The translations under genes and the position numbers were made by a program. A stretch of DNA of 64,000 nt from Bdellovibrionales bacterium (GTDB lineage: Bacteria; Bdellovibrionota; Bdellovibrionia; Bdellovibrionales; DASUEL01). The DNA lies in NCBI GenBank assembly GCA_050250255.1, contig JBFWOZ010000003.1, positions 32,001 to 96,000 on the forward strand, in the 5' to 3' direction. Position 1 is the stretch's first letter. Every line of letters starts with the position of its first letter. Positions 30,683 to 39,995 of this stretch are shown piece by piece. The notes under the pieces are model-generated. The model did not search any database. It was not told where the DNA came from and saw only the letters and a list, made by a program, of their open reading frames with translations.

Positions 30683-31434
30683 AAGTCTTAAAGTACTTTC
30701 TTGTGTTCATGATTTTCTTTATTGAGATTCGTGTGAAAGCGTCGGTTGCTTACCCAAAATTGGGTGAGGCGATTCAGGAGCCTCTCAATTGTTTGGCTCA
30801 GCAAGTAGTTTGTGCGGTGAGCACTTTTGATAAATCAAAATATGACCTTACAGTTGGGACTGCTCATGTTATTCTTGGTGGTCGCACAACGATTTTGCGT
30901 AATGATGCAGACCTCATCACGCTTGTGTCGGGTGAAATTTGGGTACGCACGAATGGACATATCAAGATTCAGTCTGAGTTTGGATCTTATGTTTTAGAAA
31001 AGGCCGAAGCTTGGGTGATTAAAGAAAATGGCAAAATGCTCGTGCGCACAGTCTCTGGCGAGGCCGATGTCCTTCCGCGTGGAGGAAAAGAATTACCATT
31101 GCCCGCAGGTTTTGAAGTTTGGATATCAGCAGTCGACGCATCAGGGGTAGCGACGAGTTCGATTCCTCGGGCTATTGATATTCGTGATCACATGAAAAGA
31201 TGGGCGCAACTTTTCCCAGGCACCAAAGCCGAATTTAAAAAAGCGGTCTTAGCGTTTCGCACAGTTTGGAATGAGTCCGTTGAAAAAGCTGCGACTTTTC
31301 ACGCAGAAGTCGTACAAAGAAATATCGCGAGCGAACAAAATGAAGCTCTCAAGAAAAAACAAACTCTGGAGCAAATCAAGCTTGAGAATCAGCGCCTTCG
31401 CGCTCTGTTTCGCAAAAAACTCTCACTCGAGTAA
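30679..31434 (+). CDS. Exported FecR-like beta-rich protein
   Basis: Signal peptide; LVSGEIWV and VRTVSGEADV strands typical of FecR domains. Confidence 0.5.
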   Translation: MKVLKYFLVFMIFFIEIRVKASVAYPKLGEAIQEPLNCLAQQVVCAVSTFDKSKYDLTVGTAHVILGGRTTILRNDADLITLVSGEIWVRTNGHIKIQSEFGSYVLEKAEAWVIKENGKMLVRTVSGEADVLPRGGKELPLPAGFEVWISAVDASGVATSSIPRAIDIRDHMKRWAQLFPGTKAEFKKAVLAFRTVWNESVEKAATFHAEVVQRNIASEQNEALKKKQTLEQIKLENQRLRALFRKKLSLE

Positions 31435-31443
31435 AAATTGATT

Positions 31444-32256
31444 TTAAACTGAAACTTCGAAATCTCTCAAAGCTTGATTGAGGGACGTCTTCATGTCAGT
31501 GCTGGCTTTTCGCTGACCGATGATTAAGGCGCAATTCACTCCGTAAGCTCCAGCAGGAAATTTTTTGGTAATGCTACCTGGTATCACCACCGATTGTGCG
31601 GGTACGTGTCCTTGAAGAATTTTTTCTGTAGGGCCACTGACATCAATAATCTTTGTGGAAGCGGTGAGAGTGACGCCGGCTCCGAGGACGGCGCCTTCGC
31701 CGATGCGAACACCCTCTACGATGATGCAACGGCTCCCGATAAAAGCATTGTCTCCAATGATCACGGGGCTCGCTTGTGCGGGTTCCAGAACTCCGCCAAT
31801 TCCAACGCCGCCTGAGAGATGAACGTTTTCACCAATCTGAGCGCAAGAACCTACGGTGGCCCAAGTGTCGACCATGCTGCCTTTGCCCACAAAAGCTCCG
31901 ATGTTCACATAAGAGGGCATCAAGATCGCGCCGGGGCTAACGAAAGCACCAAAGCGAACGAGCGCATGAGGAACCACGCGTACGCCTTCTTGGCCGGTCC
32001 ATTTTTTTAGAGGGATTTTATCAAAGAATTGAAGATCTCCCGCCTTGATGACTTCCATTTTTTTAATTCGGAAATAAAGCAGGATCGCTTTTTTCACCCA
32101 AGCATTGGTTTTCCACTCGGATCCTTGTTTTTCACAGACACGTAATTGTCCTTGATCGATTTTTTGAATCGTTTCTTCGACGGCCGCCGTAATTTCTTTC
32201 GTGTTGGGGTCTAGTCCTTGATCAAAGGCGTTTTCGATAAGAGTTATAGAGCTCAT
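31444..32256 (-). CDS. dapD: Tetrahydrodipicolinate N-succinyltransferase
   Basis: WVKKAILLYF, MPSYVNIGA, VDTWATVGSCAQIG, GGVLEP. Confidence 0.96.
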   Translation of the reverse strand: MSSITLIENAFDQGLDPNTKEITAAVEETIQKIDQGQLRVCEKQGSEWKTNAWVKKAILLYFRIKKMEVIKAGDLQFFDKIPLKKWTGQEGVRVVPHALVRFGAFVSPGAILMPSYVNIGAFVGKGSMVDTWATVGSCAQIGENVHLSGGVGIGGVLEPAQASPVIIGDNAFIGSRCIIVEGVRIGEGAVLGAGVTLTASTKIIDVSGPTEKILQGHVPAQSVVIPGSITKKFPAGAYGVNCALIIGQRKASTDMKTSLNQALRDFEVSV

Positions 32257-32912
32257 TTCTTTTTTCCTTCAAGATATTTGATGAGTTCGATCACGGGTGG
32301 GATGTGTATTTTTAAAACCTCATCGAGCTTTTGCCCGCGTTCGATTTCATAAGTAATAGTGGGAATTTTAAAATCGTGGCCACCGTAAGTGCCAAGGCTT
32401 CCAGGAGTTGGATAGCCGACGTCTTTTTTCACTTCGTAACCTGTAAAGCGTGACATGAGTTCGGCTTCTTTTTGGCAATCTCCATTGACAAGAATCATGG
32501 GATGGAAAGAGTGAAGACTTAATATAAATCGAAGGGGCGTGGTCTTCATGTAGTCAACGAGCGCATGATTTTCGATCTCGCTATTCGCATAAGGCCCCGG
32601 TGGGTAGCGTTCATTGAAGGCCTTCGGATTCCAGTCCTTTGTGGGAAGATTTCGGTTGAGGTCGACTCCGCGGGCATTCACTCTTGTTTTTGCGAGAACA
32701 CCGTCGAGATTGAAGGCTGGAACGACAGTGACTCCGATCTGAAAGGGAAAGCTCCTTAAAAATTTTTCAATGAGACCAAAGCTTAAAGTCACTCCTTCAA
32801 TTTCGTTTCCGTGAACACCACCCAAAATAAGCACTTGTGAGGGGGTTGGACCAAAGGAGTAGCCCATGATGGGAAGACCCAAGCTTGTATGTCCAAATAC
32901 GAAGGTTTTCAT
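32253..32912 (-). CDS. mpaA: Murein peptide amidase A-like M14 zinc carboxypeptidase
   Basis: GGVHGNE, NARGVDLNRN, SLHS, VGYPTPGSLG, ITYE. Confidence 0.82.
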   Translation of the reverse strand: MKTFVFGHTSLGLPIMGYSFGPTPSQVLILGGVHGNEIEGVTLSFGLIEKFLRSFPFQIGVTVVPAFNLDGVLAKTRVNARGVDLNRNLPTKDWNPKAFNERYPPGPYANSEIENHALVDYMKTTPLRFILSLHSFHPMILVNGDCQKEAELMSRFTGYEVKKDVGYPTPGSLGTYGGHDFKIPTITYEIERGQKLDEVLKIHIPPVIELIKYLEGKKK

Positions 32913-32951
32913 ACTTTGATTCGTCCTTTAACCAGTGTAATATATCTCAGC

Positions 32952-34172
32952 ATGTCGAAAGTCGCCAATGTTGTTGTAAAAAAATATGGAGGAACCTCCG
33001 TTGCCACGGTGGAACGCATTCAAAATGTGGCCAAAAGGGTTCTCGAAGATAAAAAACGCGGGCAAAAACCCGTTGTGGTGGTATCGGCTATGGCTGGCGA
33101 GACCAATCGTCTTGTTCAATTAGCAAAAGACACTTTTTCTGACTACCGTGGAGCTTCTTACGACATGCTTTTGGCGTCTGGTGAGCAAGTGGCTGTGAGC
33201 CTTTTAAGTATGGCCTTTGAATCTCTCGGGCAAAAAGCTAGGCCTTATCTCGCTCATCAACTCAACATTCGAACCGATTCGATGCATTCACGTGCACGTA
33301 TTCTCACGATCGATGCCGATAAATTACTTCACGATATTGATGATAACATCATTCCGGTCATTGCCGGCTTCCAAGGTGTTGATGAAAAAGGACATATCAC
33401 GACACTGGGGCGCGGAGGTTCTGATACTACGGCCGTGGCGGTGGCGGCGGCGTTAAAACTTCGAGAGTGCGAGATCTACACCGACGTACCAGCCGTTTAC
33501 TCTGCTGATCCTCGAATCGTGCCCAAAGCACGCGAAATTGAAAAACTCTCTTTTGAAGAGATGCTCGAAATGGCGAGTCTTGGCTCCAAAGTTTTACATA
33601 GTCGTTCCGTAGAAATCGGAGCGAAACATAATGTTTTAATTCATGTAAGATCCACCTTTGAACTCAGAGAAGGTACTTGGGTCGTCCCTGAAGGAGAAAT
33701 CATGGAAAATGCAGTTGTCAGTAGCGTGACTCATGAAACCAATACTTCGGTTTTAACCATCCATCCTGTCGAGCGGGGAACACAAGTTCTCTCGGATCTA
33801 TTTGAAGAGCTCTCAATAAACGGTGTGGTGATCGACATTATTAGCCAGAGCGACGTGGTTGATGGGCAAAGACTCTCCTTCTCGGTCTCGGACGATGATC
33901 GCGAGATGGCTCGTAAAATTGCTCAAAATCGTTTTCCAAAATCAAAAATCGCTGTTATGGATCAAGTTGCGAAAGTGACGATTATCGGAGTCGGTATGAG
34001 AAATCACCCAGGGGTTGCCGCGAAATTTTTTAAAACCCTTTCTGCATTGGGCGTGCAAGTTCATCTCGTAACCACTTCCGAAATTAAAGTCAGTGCGGTT
34101 ATTGATCGCGAAAAGCTGATGAGTGCGGCTCAAGCACTTCATACGGCGTTTGGCCTTGATGCGAAAACTTGA
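32952..34172 (+). CDS. lysC: Aspartate kinase (alpha subunit)
   Basis: KYGGTSV, VVVSAM, TTLGRGGSDTTA, YTDV, two ACT domains (TTSEIK). Confidence 0.96.
   Translation: MSKVANVVVKKYGGTSVATVERIQNVAKRVLEDKKRGQKPVVVVSAMAGETNRLVQLAKDTFSDYRGASYDMLLASGEQVAVSLLSMAFESLGQKARPYLAHQLNIRTDSMHSRARILTIDADKLLHDIDDNIIPVIAGFQGVDEKGHITTLGRGGSDTTAVAVAAALKLRECEIYTDVPAVYSADPRIVPKAREIEKLSFEEMLEMASLGSKVLHSRSVEIGAKHNVLIHVRSTFELREGTWVVPEGEIMENAVVSSVTHETNTSVLTIHPVERGTQVLSDLFEELSINGVVIDIISQSDVVDGQRLSFSVSDDDREMARKIAQNRFPKSKIAVMDQVAKVTIIGVGMRNHPGVAAKFFKTLSALGVQVHLVTTSEIKVSAVIDREKLMSAAQALHTAFGLDAKT
33702..34172 (+). CDS. Aspartate kinase beta subunit from an in-frame internal start
   Basis: AAGGAG-AAATC-ATG at codon 251, at the kinase/ACT boundary (MENAVVS). 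Confidence 0.65.
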   Translation: MENAVVSSVTHETNTSVLTIHPVERGTQVLSDLFEELSINGVVIDIISQSDVVDGQRLSFSVSDDDREMARKIAQNRFPKSKIAVMDQVAKVTIIGVGMRNHPGVAAKFFKTLSALGVQVHLVTTSEIKVSAVIDREKLMSAAQALHTAFGLDAKT

Positions 34173-34177
34173 TTCTT

Positions 34178-35407
34178 ATGAGTGTAAATTTAAAATCTTT
34201 CTTAGCTCAACAAAATTTAATTTATAAAAATGGATCGCTTCATTCTGGAGATACGTCTCTTCCGAAAATTTTTGCGAAAAAGAAAACTCCTTTTTATGTT
34301 TACAACTTAGATCTTGTTGAAACGCGACTTAACGAGTTGATCGAAGCCTTTACTCGACCCATTCATATTCACTATGCGATGAAGGCAAATGGGAATTTGT
34401 CTCTTTTACAATTCCTTAAGAATCAAGATGTGGGATTAGACGTTGTTTCTGCGGGTGAAGCTAAATGGGGAATGAAAGCGGGCTTTAAACCTTCGACCAT
34501 CGTATTTTCAGGAGTCGGGAAAACGGTGGAAGAGATTGAGTTTGCACTTGCGAAAAAAATCAAAGTTCTTAACGTAGAGAGTTTGCCGGAGCTTAAACGA
34601 ATTGCGCAAATTGCAAAAAGAAAAAAAACAAAAGCTTCGGTAGCTTTACGTCTTAATCCCGATGTCGAAGCGAAAACTCATCGACACATTACAACAGGCG
34701 CTCACTATAACAAGTTTGGGATTGAAGAATCGGCGATTCCTCAAGCTTTGGAAATCATTAAAAAGAATCAAAAATATTTAAACCTTGTAGGTTTAACATT
34801 TCACATCGGTTCGCAGCTTTTGGATGTGAAACCTGTCAGTGAGGCACTTCGTAAAGTGAAACCTCTTTTTCAATCTCTTCGCGATCAGGGTTTTGCTTTG
34901 AAACATTTGAGTGTGGGCGGAGGCCTTGGCGTTCCTTACCAGCCTCACGAATCTCCACCTGATGTTTCGAGCTATGGTCGTACAATCAGTGAGCTCACTA
35001 AAGATTTAGATTGTGACCTGCAGTTAGAGCCCGGTCGTTTTTTGGTGGCAGAATCAGGACTTCTCATCACCGAAGTTCAGTATGTGAAAAAGACGAGTCA
35101 TAATGAATTTTTAATTTTAGACACGGGAATGAACCATCTTATGCGGCCCGCGCTCTATGAGGCCCATCACGAAATTCTACCGCTTCAAGAGACTTCTCAG
35201 AAAGAAGTAAACTACGAAGTGGTAGGGCCTATCTGTGAATCGACGGATGTGTTTGCAAGATCGCGAAAGATGAAAGAAGCAAAGACAGGAGACCGTTTGG
35301 CGATTTTGAATACAGGCGCCTACGGTTTTTCGATGTCCAATGATTTTAACCTTCGTGAGAAGGCGCCCGAATACATTTTAAAAAACGGCAAATTACTTCT
35401 TAAATGA
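34178..35407 (+). CDS. lysA: Diaminopimelate decarboxylase
   Basis: TPFYVY, YAMKAN, HIGSQ, GGGLG, EPGRF, GPICESTD, GAYG. Confidence 0.96.
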   Translation: MSVNLKSFLAQQNLIYKNGSLHSGDTSLPKIFAKKKTPFYVYNLDLVETRLNELIEAFTRPIHIHYAMKANGNLSLLQFLKNQDVGLDVVSAGEAKWGMKAGFKPSTIVFSGVGKTVEEIEFALAKKIKVLNVESLPELKRIAQIAKRKKTKASVALRLNPDVEAKTHRHITTGAHYNKFGIEESAIPQALEIIKKNQKYLNLVGLTFHIGSQLLDVKPVSEALRKVKPLFQSLRDQGFALKHLSVGGGLGVPYQPHESPPDVSSYGRTISELTKDLDCDLQLEPGRFLVAESGLLITEVQYVKKTSHNEFLILDTGMNHLMRPALYEAHHEILPLQETSQKEVNYEVVGPICESTDVFARSRKMKEAKTGDRLAILNTGAYGFSMSNDFNLREKAPEYILKNGKLLLK

Positions 35408-36244
35408 CATTTTTAATTTTAAGACTTCGCATTCAGGTCCCTGCGATTTAGAAATTTCCTCTTGGTCGAGACATCCCGGGATACTGCCAAACGGACAATA
35501 GGTGCGGATGTGCATGTGATCGTCATGACCTGCTTCAGGTCGAATACGTCGAAGAGTTTCGTTGACCGTTGTAGATTCACCTAAAAAAGCGGCTTGGTTG
35601 CAAAGGGCTCGTTTAATCTCTTCCGATACAAAAATACGAATGACGCGTCCGGTGCTCACCAGATGCTTCATGAAAAGGTAATTACGAGTGTAATCAAAAT
35701 GATCTAAAACCTTTCCACCTTTCACCATGTCGTGATCGTCTGATTCGTTAATGGAGTAATAATAAATATCGGCATCGGTTCCATTTTGGTGACTTTTATG
35801 ATCGCCATTACGTCCACCATTTGCAGGAGAAAGGCTACCAATCTCAAGAGGGGAACCTTGTGGATATTTTTTACGAACTTCTGCTGCGGCAAAAGTGATC
35901 ACTTTTTGAAGTTCAAAATTAGAGTAATGTTTTAAACGATGAGCGGGTGAAGCGATATATCCGGATCCTTTCGAAGGTAGAAGAGACGCATTAACAAGCG
36001 AACCCCTATCAAAACTTCCCCGTGATTGCGGAGTATATGTAGCGTCGGGTGTGGCTGGATCTTTAGAAACAAACTTTTCGTAATCCATATTCTCATCGAC
36101 TAATTGGTTGGTGCGGTAACGACTATCTTTGACTACGAGACCGGTCATTTCGCTCGTTTTTCCCTTCACTTGAAAGCCTTTTCCACAGGCGACCGAGAGG
36201 GAAAAAATACAAAACCAGGCCAAAATTTGTCTCTGGAATCTCAT
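35393..36244 (-). CDS. mepA: Penicillin-insensitive murein endopeptidase (MepA/M74), lipoprotein
   Basis: Lipobox SVAC; GSLVNA, HKSHQNGTDAD, HDDHMHIR. Confidence 0.85.
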   Translation of the reverse strand: MRFQRQILAWFCIFSLSVACGKGFQVKGKTSEMTGLVVKDSRYRTNQLVDENMDYEKFVSKDPATPDATYTPQSRGSFDRGSLVNASLLPSKGSGYIASPAHRLKHYSNFELQKVITFAAAEVRKKYPQGSPLEIGSLSPANGGRNGDHKSHQNGTDADIYYYSINESDDHDMVKGGKVLDHFDYTRNYLFMKHLVSTGRVIRIFVSEEIKRALCNQAAFLGESTTVNETLRRIRPEAGHDDHMHIRTYCPFGSIPGCLDQEEISKSQGPECEVLKLKMSFKK

Positions 36245-36393
36245 AAAACCGACTTAGCCTCCGTATTAAACCCACATGAGCTTTGCTCGAGGGGAATATC
36301 GGAAAAGTAGAGCAATTTGGATGCTCAAAGAGTGGGAACGGAGCACCCCGAAGAGCTTGCCTTTTTAATGGCTTAGAGGCTGAATAAAAGCCA

Positions 36394-38007
36394 ATGAGTA
36401 AATCCTTGTGGTCGCACCTACTATTAGGCGTACTGTTATTTGTCTTTTCCAGTCTTGGGCTTGGCTATCGTCATCTTTGGCAAGACGAGATCGAGACGGC
36501 GGAGCGTGCTCGAGCTATTTTGCAAACAGGATTTCCTCAGGTCATTTTAAGCGAAGAAGATGTTTCGCTCAATGCCCATGGAAGAGAGTTGGAAGAGGGT
36601 AGCCTCCATCGTTATTCTCCTTGGGGGCAGTTTTATTGGGGAGCTACGGGGCTCGCGATAGGGCCTCATTTGGGATTTTCTCGTGATCAATCGGTGAGAG
36701 AGCCTTTTGTATTCGCGCATGCTGCGACAAGCACAATATTGAGTTATGGTCTCGCTCAGCTTGCAGGGGTGCCATTGCCACTTGCGCTCGTTGTGGGTGC
36801 AACTTACGGACTTCAAACGACGCGCCTTCTGCATCATCGAACTTCTCGTTATCATGCACTTCTTGATCTTTTTGCCGCTTTAGGAATTTTGGCACTGGGT
36901 TTTTGCCGAAGGAATCAAAAGCGAGGCTGGTCGATCCTTGCCATAGTCATTTTTTTAGCACCTCAAGTACATACCTTAGGCGGTTCTTTATTAGCCGCGC
37001 TTCTTGGAATTATGAGTCTTTGCGTTCTGATGTTGAAAGAAAAATCTCAACGTGAATGGAAAACGTGGGTTCTATTCTGTGTTCTTCCTGGGCTTATAAC
37101 TTTGATTACGCTTCTTGGCTTAACTCGCCCTTGGGCCCAAGGTGCATGGGGTACGATGACGGGTGAACATCTCTTTCGCAGTATTACCAACAAATCATTT
37201 GTTAGATACGCTCTAGATTACACACTCGTTGCGACGCTTTTCGCGGTTGTTTTCAAAAAAAGACAATTGGCAGCCGTACTTTGTGTGCTGATGATTTCCG
37301 CGTATCTGCTGACGGGAGCCCTCGACGCTCATCCTTTTTCGCAGGCGCGATATTATCTCTATCTGCCAACATTTTTTCTTTTTTGGAATATTGTTTTTCA
37401 ACCCTTTATGGTTACGCAAAAAAAGTTTCAGTGGGCTCACGGCCTCGTAATTTTGATTTTTATTTTAGGACCGGATCTCACGACAAGACAGTTTTCTGCT
37501 TTTCAAGGTTTGAAAGTTGTGTGGAATGATTTTCAAAAGGCGAGATCCCAAGAAAAACAACCATTGCATTTGGCGCTTGAAGAAATTCGTACTGAGCAAA
37601 AGCCAGTTCTGATTGATTACGTCCCGCAATTTGTGAATTGGTATTTGCCGGGTTGGCCGCAGGCGCTGTTGCCCGATGCGACTCAACGCACGGAACTCAA
37701 TCACTCCAATCCTATTTGGCAAAAACCACCCGTCATGCCGTACTGGCATTTGTGGTATTCCAGCTGGGAAAGTGGGGGATGGGTATGCATGCCTCACTGT
37801 GATTATGTGGCGGACGAGTGGAATGAAGAACGAACGCAGTATAAACTCACATCTCAACGCTTGGGAGAGTCACAAAAAATGTGTGTGGTTCGAGAGTGGT
37901 CAACGAACCCCTGGAACAATGCACCTTTTGAATTAATGCTACCTGAAAGCTTCACTCCGCGCGGGCGAGCCGATGGTCGTCTCACCCTTGCAAAAGTTTG
38001 CCCTTAA
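36394..38007 (+). CDS. GT-C fold (ArnT/PMT-like) polytopic glycosyltransferase
   Basis: LWQDE motif after TM1, SRYHAL, ARYY, many TM helices, soluble C-terminal domain. Confidence 0.7.
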   Translation: MSKSLWSHLLLGVLLFVFSSLGLGYRHLWQDEIETAERARAILQTGFPQVILSEEDVSLNAHGRELEEGSLHRYSPWGQFYWGATGLAIGPHLGFSRDQSVREPFVFAHAATSTILSYGLAQLAGVPLPLALVVGATYGLQTTRLLHHRTSRYHALLDLFAALGILALGFCRRNQKRGWSILAIVIFLAPQVHTLGGSLLAALLGIMSLCVLMLKEKSQREWKTWVLFCVLPGLITLITLLGLTRPWAQGAWGTMTGEHLFRSITNKSFVRYALDYTLVATLFAVVFKKRQLAAVLCVLMISAYLLTGALDAHPFSQARYYLYLPTFFLFWNIVFQPFMVTQKKFQWAHGLVILIFILGPDLTTRQFSAFQGLKVVWNDFQKARSQEKQPLHLALEEIRTEQKPVLIDYVPQFVNWYLPGWPQALLPDATQRTELNHSNPIWQKPPVMPYWHLWYSSWESGGWVCMPHCDYVADEWNEERTQYKLTSQRLGESQKMCVVREWSTNPWNNAPFELMLPESFTPRGRADGRLTLAKVCP

Positions 38008-38744
38008 TTCTTTTCGATATTTTGAGTGCGATGTTCCCAGCCGATTTTGAATACGCCCTTAAGAGCATGAGAGATTTCGCCTAAGTTCGTGTTGCTCTCG
38101 CCACGCTGGCGATTCACAAATACGATTGGAAAACTGTCTAAACGAAAACCCGCTCGTAAAAGATAGCTGATGGTTTCGCTGAGATAAATATAACCTTTGT
38201 ATTGCTGTGGCATTTTACAGATAAATTCTGCGGCTCGCCGATTATAAAATCGATATCCATTCGTGAAGTCGCTGATTTTCCAATCAATCAATGTGCGTGC
38301 CAGTTGGTTCGCAAAAAAGCTAAACACACGGCGCTTGAGAGGCCAACCGATGATTTCTCCATGAGGATAACGTGACCCCATCACCATGTCGGCATCTTTG
38401 AGCATGCCCACACCTTTTTCAATGTCAGTTGGTGGGTGCGAGAAGTCGCAATCCATTTCAACGAAGGCTTCGAAGTTTTCTGAGTTTTGAAGTCCCCACT
38501 TGAGACCTTCGCGAACGGCGCCACCACGTCCATCTTTTTTTGAACGTACGATAAGATGAAGGCGACGAGATTGGTCTGCGGGAAGCTCTGCCTTTAGGGA
38601 TTCAATCGCCTTTGCGGTACCATCGGGACTATTATCGTCCACAACGACGGTCCAAGAATCGGGTCGTAAATTGAGAATGGTTTTAACCAAATTCGGTAAA
38701 TTTTCTTTTTCATTGTAAGAGGGGAGGACAACGAGTGTTTTCAT
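38004..38744 (-). CDS. Polyprenol-monophosphate glycosyltransferase (Dpm1/Ppm1-like GT2)
   Basis: LPSYNEKEN, VDDNSPDGT, EMDCDFSH, GSRY, DFTNGYR, RQRGES. Confidence 0.92.
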   Translation of the reverse strand: MKTLVVLPSYNEKENLPNLVKTILNLRPDSWTVVVDDNSPDGTAKAIESLKAELPADQSRRLHLIVRSKKDGRGGAVREGLKWGLQNSENFEAFVEMDCDFSHPPTDIEKGVGMLKDADMVMGSRYPHGEIIGWPLKRRVFSFFANQLARTLIDWKISDFTNGYRFYNRRAAEFICKMPQQYKGYIYLSETISYLLRAGFRLDSFPIVFVNRQRGESNTNLGEISHALKGVFKIGWEHRTQNIEKN

Positions 38745-38753
38745 TTTCAGAAC

Positions 38754-39995
38754 CTATAAGCGAGAAAGTTGGCTAAATGCGTGGGTCAGGATATCACGGT
38801 CTTGCTGAGTGAATTCCGCATGGCAGCCGATCATGAAACCACGATCTAAAATTCGATCGGAGTTTTTCATTTCACCCACTACGCGAGTTTTGATTCGATC
38901 CATCACCGGATGTTTTACAAGATTTCCTGCAATGATAGGGCGAGTCTCTACCATGTGTTTTTCTAAAATTTCTTTTACTTGGTGTACGTTCACCGGTGAC
39001 TTTTCATCTAAAACAAAAGGAAGGGTCATCCACGAATGCGTGCGCTGAGTACGTGAATTTACGGATTGAAGTTTTTCATTCCCGATGAGGCGAATCCAAG
39101 GAGCATGTTTTTGAGTCAATTCGTGAGCGAGGCGCGCAGACTCAAGGCGCGTATCCAAAAATCGATCAATTTTTTTAATCTGAACAAGCCCGATAGCAGC
39201 CTGTAGATCTGTAGGACGAACGTTGTAACCGGTTTGTACGAACAAGAAGCGGGGATCAAGGTGAGGATATTTTTTTTCCCAATAATTTTTATCAGATCGA
39301 TCGCGTGACCAACCGTGGGCACGTAGACCTTTTAAGTCGTCGGCGATCTGGTCGTTGTTAGTGATGATCGTACCACCCTCCATCGTCGTGAGATGATGTG
39401 AGAAAAAATGAGAATAAGTTCCACCTACTCCAAAAGTTCCTACGTGTTCTTCGTTGAAGTAAGCACCCAAGCTCTCACAGCAGTCTTCCATAAGAGTGAT
39501 GCGATTTTCTTCACAAAAATCAGCGATCGCTTTCATATTGGCCGCTTGACCTAAAACGTGAATTAAAAAGAGACCTTTCACTTTTGGTGAAAGTGCTTTA
39601 CGAGCCGATTCTAAATCAATGGCTAAAGTGGCGGGATCGATATCGATAAAAACAGGCACTAATCCAAGCTGCACGAGAGGCCAAATAGTGGTGGGCCAAG
39701 AAAGTGCGGGCACAAGAACTTCGTCGCCGACTTGAAGCTTCGGTTCGCCATGAAGTGGTCTCATCATTGCTTCGACTAAAAGTAAATTCGCTGAGGAGCC
39801 GGAATTTACCATGATGGCGTGTTTAGCGCCGATCCACTCCGCAATCGCGCGTTCGAAAGTTTTGGTTTTTTCGCCCATGGTGTAATAACCACTGCGCATG
39901 ACAGCCATGGCTGCCTCGATTTCCTCTTCGTTAAAGCTATTGCTAGCAAGGCGATACTTTTGTTCAGCTCCAGGGCTGTTTGTTTTTAAACTCAT
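38754..39995 (-). CDS. PLP-dependent sugar 3-dehydratase, ColD-like (DegT/DnrJ family)
   Basis: NSGSSANL, EDCCES, FFSHHLTTMEGG (His in place of the PLP Lys), RAHGW, GYNVRP, ETRPIIAGN. Confidence 0.82.
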   Translation of the reverse strand: MSLKTNSPGAEQKYRLASNSFNEEEIEAAMAVMRSGYYTMGEKTKTFERAIAEWIGAKHAIMVNSGSSANLLLVEAMMRPLHGEPKLQVGDEVLVPALSWPTTIWPLVQLGLVPVFIDIDPATLAIDLESARKALSPKVKGLFLIHVLGQAANMKAIADFCEENRITLMEDCCESLGAYFNEEHVGTFGVGGTYSHFFSHHLTTMEGGTIITNNDQIADDLKGLRAHGWSRDRSDKNYWEKKYPHLDPRFLFVQTGYNVRPTDLQAAIGLVQIKKIDRFLDTRLESARLAHELTQKHAPWIRLIGNEKLQSVNSRTQRTHSWMTLPFVLDEKSPVNVHQVKEILEKHMVETRPIIAGNLVKHPVMDRIKTRVVGEMKNSDRILDRGFMIGCHAEFTQQDRDILTHAFSQLSRL

